Shown one piece after another: positions 9,818 to 20,159 of a DNA stretch of 64,000 nucleotides. Under the pieces are notes generated by a model. That model worked only from the letters and a program-made list of their open reading frames with translations. It made no database searches and had not been told where the DNA came from. How positions within the stretch are numbered: position 1 is the first letter of the stretch; each line of letters opens with the position of its first letter. Made by a program: the position numbers and the translations under genes. This DNA is from Fonticula alba ATCC 38817 (lineage: Eukaryota; Protista; Nucleariida): assembly GCA_000388065.2 (NCBI GenBank), contig KB932201.1; one strand, 5' to 3'.

Positions 9818-12800
9818 ATGTCCCCCCCGTCCCTGGTCACTGCCGGTGCCGGCGACGGCTCCACCTCTGCCGGACGCGTGCGTTGTCTCCGGGCTGCCCC
9901 GATTGTCCACTAGCCTCTCGCATGGCCGACTAACCTCGCCACCTGTTTCCCCCGACCAGGTCATTGTCCACCAGGGGTACCTCGAGAAGAAGAGCAACTC
10001 CTATCGGGTATGTCTACGTTTCACTGCCTTTGCCCCCTTGACATCCCTTCCGGCCCCTGTCTCCCTGTCTTTGCCCTTTCCACCCGATGGTCTCCCCCCC
10101 CCCCCCCCCCCCCCCCGTCCCCACGCACACACATATTTGCCAGCCTTCTAACCCCTCATGTGATGGAAGAAATTCCAACGCCGGTGGTTCGTCCTCCACA
10201 CGGCTCCCGGCGGGGCCGATGCGCGGCTGTCCTACTTCGAGAGTGAGGCCAAGGCTGCCGCCCTGGTGTCGGCCATGGGGTCCGGCTCGCACACCGGCGC
10301 CGGTGAGCCCCTCTCCCCCCTGGGCAGCTCCTCCTCCGCGTACAACCTGTCCAACCTGGATGACAGTGATTCCGACAGTGAGGACACCGGCAAGGATGGC
10401 GAGGGTGCCAGCGGCGGCATCCAGCTCCTGCCTATGGCTATGATTTGGCGAACCGGCCCGTCGGCTGGGCCGGGAATTCCTTCCTTCAAGCTGTCGTCCA
10501 GCACCCGGGCATCGACCGCCGCATCGACCGCTGCCACAACCTCCGGAATTGCCATCACCACCACACCGCCAGTCAACCAGAACCCCGAGCACACGGGTGT
10601 CATCCATGCCCATGGTGCCGGGTCCGGGGTGCCTTCCTTCGAGCTGGATGTCCTCGGCCGAACGTACTTCTTCCGGGCCTCGAGCGAAATGGTGCGCCTC
10701 CTTCCCCATGCCCTTTGCCTGCTCTTGTGCGCTCATCCTTACTCATCCCTCCCCCTTCTTCGCTCTTTGTCATTGTGGCTGTCCCCCCCCCCCTCTCCCC
10801 CTCTCCCTCCCCGGCCCATCAGGAAATGGATTCCTGGATTTCGGTCATTGCCCCGCTCATCCCCCAGCACCCAACCATTGCCTCGATTGCGCCGGTGCAT
10901 CACCGGTCAGAGGATGTGTTCGGCACCGCCGACAAGCCGCTGGTCCTGTTCGCCGAGCTGGCTGGCAATCTGGACAAGCTGAGTGGCACTTTCAAGGTGT
11001 GTTTTGGCCTCTCTCCATTGGCGACTGATCCACTGTCCTTCCTTTGCCTTCTCTCTCTCTCTCTCTCTCTCTCCCCGCCTCTCTCTCTCTCTCTCTCTCT
11101 CCGTCTCTCTCTCTCCGTCTCTCTCTCTCTCTCCCCCCGCCTCTCTCTCTCTCTCTCTCCCCGCCTCTCTCTTTCCTTGCCCCGTCCCCCAATCTGACCC
11201 TGCTCTATCTTCCCATCCTTCCTCGATTGGGCATTGCTCTTTGTGCCCAGAACTGGAAAAGCCGCTACTTCGTGCTTCGCGGATACAAGCTCCTTTACTA
11301 TGTGGACGAGTCTCTCCGAGAGCCGGTCGGGTCGATTGATTTGCACGATGCCACCCACGTGTCCATTGGCGCCCCGACCAGCAATGCCCCGAGCACCTCC
11401 GGCTCCAAGAACCTGATGCCGAGCATCCTGGGCTCCGTGCGCTTTGGTCGGTCGAAGTCCGGGTCCGGGTCCGGATCCAGCACCTCGCAGGCCCAGGTCC
11501 TGACCGTGTACACCCACAACCGCAGCTATCCCTTCCGGATTCCCTCGCCCAACTCCGGCATCGATGCCGATGTCTGGCTGTCGGCCCTGTCCGCGGCCGT
11601 GACCCGGGTTAGCCGATGCGCCGGCGAGCGTGCGCGTGTGTGGGGCATCACCTGGGACCCCAAGCGCCGGACAACCCTCTTCCTGCCAACCATCAGCACC
11701 CCGGCGCACTACCTCGCCGCCAAGGCCACCGCTTCTGATCTCAACAAGCGCAGCACCCTTACTGGCTTCAATTCCATCCGGGCTTCGACCATTGGGCTGG
11801 GTGTGTCAGCCAGTTCCCCGATCAAGGAGGCATCTTCGCCAACCTCGCCAGCTAAGGAGCCTGCGGTGTCGGCTTCGCCGGTGGTCACTTCCCCCCCGGA
11901 GCCAGTCGCCTCGGAGCCAGCCGTCCCGGAGCCAGCCGTCCCGGAGCCAACCGTCCCGGAGCCAGAAGCCGATGTCGTCTTTGCCCCTGCCGTCCAGGCC
12001 CTGGAGCCCAGCACGGCCGAGGAGGCTCCCGCAACCTCGAGTGCCGCGCCAAGCTCCGACCTCACGACCGCCCCCCTGCCGATCAAGCAGCCCACTGCTC
12101 CGGATTTCGGGCGCCAGGCCTCCAGTGACCTGGACATGCTGATTGCCTCGCTGACTCCCACCGCCGGGGCTGGTACCCCCCCACCGCCGGCCATCACCCT
12201 CCCCGTGGAGTCCCTGCGGTCCGAGCACACCAGCCAGACCATTGCTTCGCCGATTCCGGATGCCGCGCTGCCCACCCCTCCACAGAGTGCATCCCTCCTG
12301 CCTCCCCCGCATCCCCTTGGCCCGGCGGGGTCGCGCGTGTCATTTGTCGGCGGAGCGGCCCTGCCCTCGCCGCTATCGGGACCGGCTCTCACCAACGACG
12401 GGGCCTCCACTGCTGCTGGTCTGCCTCAAAAGCCGTCCTCAGTGACGGCGACATCGCCAGACGGCTACATCTCCGTGGATCCGCTGCAGAGCCTGTCCGG
12501 CAACGGCTTCGATGAGTCGCTCATTGCCCTGATCAACCCTGGTGCTGGGCCGGCTCTGCCGGCGCCGTTGCCGGCACCACTGCCTCCCGCCCTCGAGGAG
12601 GCCCAGTCGCCTGCCGAATCGACCGATCCTGCGGCCGATCCTGCGGCCGATCCTGCGGTCGACCCTGCGGCCGATCCTGCGGCCGACCCTGATGCGATTC
12701 CTGACTCCGAGGATGCCAGCGAGCTGGTCGAAGAGCCGGCCGAGGAGGTCACCGTGGAGGCCATCCCCCTGTCGGATGTGCCGACAGACGCCCTGCTGTC

Positions 12801-14765
12801 GCTGGTCATCCTGCAGGTGTCCCTTCGCCTGCCGGGAACTCTCTTCGATGGTGATGTCTCCTCGGTGCCCGGTGGCTCCTGCCTGGAAGTGAGCTCGTCG
12901 CATATGGATTCCCCGGCGCAGGGGTTCTTCGACTCGTTGGCTATCCCCTCGCACCTGGGTGCTTTCCCGCGGGCGGCCCTTCGCCAGACCATCCCCGATG
13001 GGGCCCTTGTCGAGGCGGACCTAACTCTGGCCTTTATGGAGCTCTGGACCCGCATCGCGTGGGGTGCGTATGGGGTTCCCTCTGCGCGGCCCTTCCTCCC
13101 CCCCCCCCCGTCGGGGGCCTGTTTGTGCTGCTTTCCTTTCGCCCCTTTCCCCTCTCCCCTCCGAGGCTGACCCCCCTATCCCTGCCACAGATCCCCAGAC
13201 CTTTGCCACGTTGCTGGTGGATCATAGCACCAAGCTCGGTGAGGTGACTGGTGCCCCGGGCTGTGTGAGTTTCTTGACACAGGTGGCGCTGGCTGGGTAC
13301 ATCCTCCAGTGGCCGATCGCCGAGCCGGACTACCACACCCCGGCCCTGGTGGCGATCACCTTGTTGCTGATGCTCCTGGCTCGTGGGTCTCTCGGCGTCG
13401 CGGACTCGCGACTGGAGAGCCTGCTCCCGGCGTCGGCTTTCTTGGCCGTTCTGCGCCCGGTGATGTCCTTCTTCCCGGCGTGTTCCTTCCAGCCGGCCGC
13501 CCTACTTGCGACGCCCCTGACCCCGGCTACAGTGGTCATCTTCCTGGACTTGTTGCTGTCCATCGATCTGTCCGATTCCGGCGCGTCGTCGTTGGCTGAG
13601 CGTGCGTTCATCCGTCCTCTTTGCCTTTCTCATCGGGCTTTGTTTCTTCCTTTCCTTCCTTCCTCTTCTCCTCCTTCTTGTTCTTCTTCCTCTTCCCCTG
13701 TACCCACCCACTCATGTCCCTTGTTTCGGCCGCTTCCCTGTTCTTAGTCTATCCCTCGGTCACCGGGGCGGACTTCGCCCGGAGCACGGTTGCCTGCTTC
13801 CAGGCGACTTCGACCTCGGTCCGGCGCTTCACCGGGGTGGCGGCCGCCATCGAGGCTCTCGGGGCCATCTCGGCACTGCGCCTGTTGAGAGCCCTGCTTC
13901 CCCATAACTCCGACTCGGGGGAGATCCGTGCCCTGAGCACCGGGCTCGGTCAGCAGCTGTCTCCCTCGTCGCTGTCCTGGTGGTGGCTTGAGCCATCCGA
14001 TCAGCTGGGCGCCCCGGCTGGCGCGGATGAGGAGGACGACGAGGAGGGGGCTCCCTGCCTGCAGGAGGCACTGGCCTCTTCGCTTGGCGCGGGCCTGCCC
14101 ATTCTCTTTGGCTATTTTGCCTCGCCAACTGCTTGCATCCTGGCCACCAAGGATTTGTTCGACCCGCCATCGGCCTTCGGCAAGTTCGGCCTCGAGCTTG
14201 TTGCCTGCATCATTCGGCCGCTGTTTGATGGGGATTCCGTCCTCTCGGGCGATGTGGCCATGGATGACGTGTGTGCCGCGCTGGAGGCGGCTCTTCGCGC
14301 AAGCGTGGCCCTCTTGACGGCCTTCCCCCCGGGAGCGTCCCCAGGGGACAATTTTGCCAGCTGGCTTTTCGGAGCCATGTCCAAGCCGGCCACCGGGTCC
14401 GATCCCTCGAGCGATCCGATGTCGGCCCGGCGCAAGTGGGCTCTGGAGGCGGTATCCATCACTCGTGTGCTGGTGGCCCCGGTGCTGGTGGCCGGCGCCT
14501 TGCAGATTGGCGGCGCCACGGCTTCGGAGGACATGGACGTCTTGGCGGCCGCCCTCCAGGCCGACACGCCCCTGGTGCACCTGGTCCCAAGCGCGCTAAA
14601 TGCCATCCGCCGGTCGCTTCAGCGGGCCGGGTGCCTTGAGCCGCTGGTGGACATTCTCGCCGCTCCGCCGGGCTATTGTCACATTCATGATACCACCGGT
14701 GAACTGTTGGCCCGCGCGACTGAAGCCTTGCTGTGGTTCTTGGAGGAGGGTGCGTTCTCTTTCCC

Positions 14766-14815
<50 letters not shown>

Positions 14816-17138
14816 GTCTCCATATCCTGATCAGCCCCGAGCCCTGTCTTCTCGCCTGTCTGACCCTTTTGTCCTTCCTTTCTCCTCCCTGCAATTCCAT
14901 CCTCGACCCGGGCCGTTGCTCCTGCTCTTGCTGTTGCCATCGTACACAGAGCTGTCCACGCGCGAGCTGATTCGCAGCAATGCGGCCAAGTTCCTGGTTG
15001 AGCAGTTGGCCGCCTGCTCACACGCTGGCAGCGCTGCACTGGCCGACTCGCCGACCAGCGCCGCGGCCAATGTCACTCCTGCGCAGGCGGCTAACCTCTG
15101 GCGGCAGCGCCGGGTAGCTGGAGCCGCCGTGGCGGCCCTCTGCCGGCTGACATCGGCGGATGACTCGTCTCGCCAGGCGGTCCTGCGGGCTGGGCGCCAC
15201 CGGCTGCTTCTGACCATGCTGTCGAATGCGGTGGCCCAGGCGCCGGTGCGCTTGGCACACCGGGACCCGGAGACCGGCTTTGGTCTTTGGGCACCGGGGC
15301 ACTTCACCCTGGGCCAGGACCGGGTACCGGGCCCTGCCAATGGGGGGGACAGCCTTGGGGCTGGGTTCGCCACATGCGACACGGCCACCACCCTGTACCG
15401 GGCGGTGGAGTTGCTGGGCAACCTGGCCCACGATGCGGATCCCATTCGTTTGTTGGATGCAGCCGATGCCCCGGGGATTCTAATGACCGTCCTCGCCCGG
15501 TTCCATGGCGGACAGGCGGTTGACGGCGGCGGCGGCGGCGGCGGCGCCGAGGGTCCTGGCGACCGGGCGCCGGCCTATCGTGATGAAGAGCTGGCTCTGG
15601 CTGCGGCGGTGGCCCTGCACAATCTGTCCCTGGACCCGGTGGCTCGGGCATCGCTCCATCGTGATGGGGCCTTCGGGCCACTGGTGGCCTTGGCCTGCCT
15701 CCGGGCGGATCTCCTGCCGGAGGTGGGAACCGCCGGGGCGACCGAGGTGCCCAAGCGCGAGCGCGGTGTCTGCGCCGGGCCCAGCCCGGCACGCACCGTG
15801 CAGCGCCTGCTACTCCGTGTGTTGCTGAATGTGTGCCAGGAGCCGCAGCATCTGGTGGAGTTGTACTGCCTGGCGGCGCATGGGGCCATCGGCCGGGTGG
15901 CCGATGCGGCCACCGCCCTCCCGAACCCGGGGGATGTAGATGAGGAGTTGGCCGACATTTCCGCCGTGTCGACCTACCTCCTGGCGGCGGTGAGTGCCAT
16001 TACCCCGGAGGATCTGGCCGCACATGCGGACGCCAATGAGGAGGGCGACACGCAGGAGGCCGGTGACGCGGATCTGGATGACGCGCCCGAGTCGGGCAAG
16101 GTACGTCATTGCTTTTGGCCCGTGTGCCATCGCCTCTGCTGGTGTGGGTTTCTCTTGCTCCCTCGTCCGTCTCCATTCTGACTGTCGGTCCCGTGTGCGG
16201 CTCCGCGTGTGTAGCTCTGGCTCCGACTGTCCTACAGCGGGACCACTCGCATGGCAACCATTCGCCGGCCGACCGCGGATCGGCCTCTGCGCAAGGCACA
16301 TCTGGATGCGGTGGCCCGGCAGCGCTTCGGATCGGCCACGGCCGGCGTGTCGGCCGGGCGCATGGTCTTCTGGCACTGCGACTCCGAGGGAACGGAGCTG
16401 GCCATCGCGGCCGACGACGAGGCGGCCTACGTGTCGGAGATCCTGCTGGCCGGCGTGGCCGGGAGTGATGCCGATGCTCGGCTGACCTTGTCTCTGCGGT
16501 TGGCCATTCAGCCGCCAGGGGCCGGGGATTCGGACGATCCGGGGGCCCCGCCGCCCCCGTCCCTGGAGGCGGCCCCTCAGCGTGGGCGCCTGTTGGACGA
16601 GCTCCGGTTGATCTCCTCCATGGCCTCCAAGGGCGAGGAGGTGGCCACTGGTGTGATGGTTCCCCCGACCGGGGCGGTCACCTCGGCCTTTGGGCTGAAG
16701 AAGGTGGACCATGAGCAGATCGCTCGCGAGCGTGACGAGCGCCGTCGCCGCGAGAACCCGGTCGAGGCCCAACGCCAGGACATGTTGGCGTCCATCCGTC
16801 TGAAGGCCGCGCAGGCCGGCGACGGGGACCTCTCGATCACCGACGCCGCGGCTGCCGTGGGAGTGAAGCTTCGCTCGGTCGAGCGCCACGCGCCTAAGCC
16901 AGTCTCCGATCCCCACGAGAGCAGTACGTTCTGCCGCCCTTTACTATGCTCTTCCTTCCCCCGGCAAGGGAGAAGACACATGAAGCTAACCTCCCCCTCC
17001 TCTCCCCTTCTCCCCTCCTCCCCGGCAGATTCTCTGATGCTGAATGTCGAGGCAGCCCGCCGGAGGATGGCCATCGCCGACGATCGCTACCACAACTCCT
17101 CCTCGTCAGACAGTGATTCCGGTGAGGATGACTGGTAG
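9818..17138 (+). CDS. ~1999-aa multidomain protein: PH-PH, Pro/Ala-rich linker, helical/ARM region, PB1-like, WH2-WH2-C-A (putative Arp2/3 nucleation-promoting factor)
   Basis: Ten-exon model (9818-9877, 9960-10007, 10170-10691, 10823-10996, 11251-13063, 13191-13601, 13748-14749, 14950-16100, 16215-16923, 17029-17138) sums to 6000 nt with matched phases. PH1 HQGYLEKKSNSYRKFQRRWFVL...EMDSWISVI; PH2 GNLDKLSGTFKNWKSRYFVLRGYKLLYY...DVWLSAL; ARM-like AVELLGNLA, ALHNLS, VLLNVC; PB1-like LRLSYSGTTRMATI...DSEGTELAIAADDE; C-terminus ends ...ARRRMAIADD...SDSDSGEDDW*. Confidence 0.75.
11899..11970 (+). repeat. Coding 15-nt minisatellite encoding (EPAVP)-type repeats
   Basis: gagccagccgtcccg units repeated about 4-5 times in frame. 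Confidence 0.85.
12625..12690 (+). repeat. Coding 12-nt minisatellite encoding (DPAA)5
   Basis: gatcctgcggcc units repeated in frame. Confidence 0.85.
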
Positions 17139-17207
17139 TCTGAGGATGTGCGCTTCCCCTTTTCTCTCTCTCTCTCTCTCTCTCTCCCCCTCTTGAGGGT
17201 GGTTCCA

Positions 17208-17371
17208 TCTCTACTCTTGTCTGTCGCTTTCCCGTGTCCCGTTTAGGCTCAGAATATACAGTTTTATGACTCCGGTGACTCGGTNNNNNNNNNNTCTCTA
17301 CTCTTGTCTGTCGCTTTCCCGTGTCCCGTTTAGGCTCAGAATATACAGTTTTATGACTCCGGTGACTCGGT
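17208..17371. other. Identical 77-nt direct duplication on both sides of a 10-N gap; likely unmerged contig overlap
   Basis: 17208-17284 equals 17295-17371 exactly. Confidence 0.8.
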
Positions 17372-18407
17372 CCCTCCCCCCTTGTCCTGTCTCGCTACTC
17401 TGTCATTCCATCCCCGCCTGGCAATCCCGCCTCTCTCTCTCTCTTGGTCAATGTCGTGCCATTTTTTTGAGTCTACCTCGCGACTTGCTCGGGGGGGGGG
17501 GGGGGGGGGGCGGAATCTCGATCGCTCAAGGCGGGGGGAGGAGCGGGGGTGCATGCATTCCGCGCAACACAATCACGTGCGTGATCATGCGCCTCATCGT
17601 GGCGTGCCTCGGGCGCGGAATGCGCGCATCCCCGGAGATGGCCGTATGGCACTCCGCCCGAACACACTGCCCTGCGTCGGGCGTCTGTGGAGGGGAGGGG
17701 GGGGGGGGGGTGCTTGCCGGCTATTGACTAACTCTTTGGGAAAAGACCAACACCCCCGGCAAGGGTCCCGACCTACAGGGGAGAGCCCGGGCATTCCTGG
17801 CTATGGGCTCCGCCAGTCTCCGCGGGGGGAGGGGGCAGGGGTGACATTCTCCCAGGGCGCCATCCCCGTTGATGGCGGTGGTGGTGGCGGTGGCGGTGGT
17901 TGAACGCCGCCCACTCTTTATCCCCCCGCTCCTGGCGATGTTGGGCTTCCTCGGGCGAGGGCCTCTGACAGGGACGCCTCCCTCTCGGTCCGAGAACAGG
18001 GCCTCTGTTGTCCCTCTGCGTTTTCTTATCGGGGTGNNNNNNNNNNNNNNNNNNNNNNNNNNNNNNNNNNNNNNNNNNNNNNNNNNNNNNNNNNNNNNNN
18101 NNNNNNNNNNNNNNNNNNNNNNNNNNNNNNNNNNNNNNNNNNNNNNNNNNNNNNNNNNNNNNNNNNNNNNNNNNNNNNNNNNNNNNNNNNNNNNNNNNNN
18201 NNNNNNNNNNNNNNNNNNNNNNNNNNNNNNNNNNNNNNNNNNNNNNNNNNNNNNNNNNNNNNNNNNNNNNNNNNNNNNNNNNNNNNNNNNNNNNNNNNNN
18301 NNNNNNNNNNNNNNNNNNNNNNNNNATTCCCTCCTCTTCCACCCCACCCCCCCTTTCTTTCTTTCTCTCCCTCTCTCCATCCTCCCCCCCCCCCCTCCCA
18401 TACAACC

Positions 18408-18606
18408 ATGTCCCACTCTCAGGGCTCCCACGACGGCGACATCCTCGACATGCTGCAGAAGGCTGCCGAGGAGGGTTCCTGCGCCACGCTGTTGCACGGT
18501 GAGGACGGCCAGAGCGCCACCGTCGACGAGATCTATGCTCTGCTCGTGGCCACTAGCCATGCTGTTGAGACCACGGTTACCAAGGTACTCCCGCTCTCTC
18601 ACTCAC

Positions 18607-18643
<37 letters not shown>

Positions 18644-19936
18644 CTCTCATGGGATAGGCCCCTCCCTACGTGACACTGACTCGCCGCTTCCTACTCCTGC
18701 CGTCTCTCTCTCTCTCTCTCTCTTCCCCCAACTCCCTTCTCCAGGATAGCGAGGGAAATGTCACTGGCGTTGACACGCGCCTCCTCCCGCCGACCATCGT
18801 CTCCGAGGTTGCCGCCAACTCCAGCCTGATGACCCCCACCCCACCGATGACCCCGCGCGAGAAGGAGCCCGCCACGCCGGTCGTCTATGTTGATTTTGAT
18901 TCCCTGACCGAGGAGCACTTCCGGACGGTCGCCCGCAAGGTGGTCAACGAGATCAAGTCCGGTGATGTGATTGCCCGTGGCTCCGGTGCCATCAAGTCCG
19001 CGGTCCTCGGTGTCGCGGTTGTCGAGTGGATTGTCAAGTATGCCGCCAGTCTACTGGTACGTGTTTTCTTCCCTGTGGCCATCCTGCCTTTCGTCATTTG
19101 TCCCCTTTTGTCCCCTCCCCCCTCCTCCCCTGTGCCGGCTGATGTTCACCTGGCTGACTGTGATTTCTCTCTCTCTCTCTCTCTCTCCCCCCCCCCGCCC
19201 CCTCCCGCAATCTCCTACACACAAAGGGCATGGCTGGCCACTCGATTTCCAACGAGACTGCCGTCCTGATCGCCAACCGTCTGCTCGATCTGCACTACGC
19301 CTTCCCGACTGATCTGCAGGCGACGCAGGATTTCTCCGATGCTAAGGCTTCCTTCCGGTGGATGGGCGTGCGTGACATCCCTCCCTTCTCTCTCTCTCTC
19401 TCTCTCCCTCCATGCATCTGCCTTTTCGCCCTTCTGCTGTCCATTCCTGACGCCTCCACAACCTTCCCCTTCTACTTCTCTCCTTCTGTTCTTCTTTCTC
19501 ACCTTCCCCGGTTTGTTGTCCGGTAGCCTGCCATTCTGTCCGGAGACAAGAACGCCCTCGGTGTCATGCTGTCCCTGATGCAGGAGACCCTCGAGACCAA
19601 GGCCCAGAAGGTCATGATGCGCCAGATTGAGGGGTACGCGCATGGCTACGCACCGCCGGCCTTCGCTGCTACTTGGCTGCTGACATTTGTTTGCTGTACC
19701 CTGCCCCCCTCCCTCCTCCCTCTTGCAGCACCTTCTCTGAGGAGGTTGCCACCACCTGGATTCGTGAGAATGTTGGTGGCCTTGGCACTGATACCAAGGC
19801 CGCCAAGGAGATCTTCAAGATGCTGGTCAAGCGCGGGAGTGTCAAGAAGGCCGGGCTGCTTGCCGGGGTGTATGTCTGGCCCGCCAACAAGGCTGACGCC
19901 CCGACGTCCCCCTCGTCGGATGCCTCCTCCGACTGA
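18408..19936 (+). CDS. Tandem DEP-domain protein, 5 exons (18408-18584, 18745-19056, 19227-19367, 19527-19633, 19729-19936), 314 aa; 5' end may extend into the upstream gap
   Basis: DEP1 IKSGDVIARGSGAIKSAVLGVAVVEWIVKY...ETAVLIANRLLDLHYAFP...DFSDAKASFRW. Weaker DEP2/winged helix LETKAQKVMMRQIEGTFSEEVATTWIRENV...AAKEIFKMLVKRGSVKK. Exon phases are consistent. Confidence 0.7.
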
Positions 19937-20091
19937 GGGCATTGTTGTATACTCCTCCTCGCGTCGGCCCTGTTGTTTAGTTTCCTTCCTTTCTCCCCTC
20001 TCGCCCTCTGCGCCCCGTTGGTGAGATCAATACACATGTGAAAAATGCAAAATTGCCCGCCAACGTGTGTGCGCCTGTGCGTGCGCATGTT

Positions 20092-20122
<31 letters not shown>

Positions 20123-20159
20123 CTGGGAGTGGAACAAGCAGGTAAAGTGGTCCGGGCTT

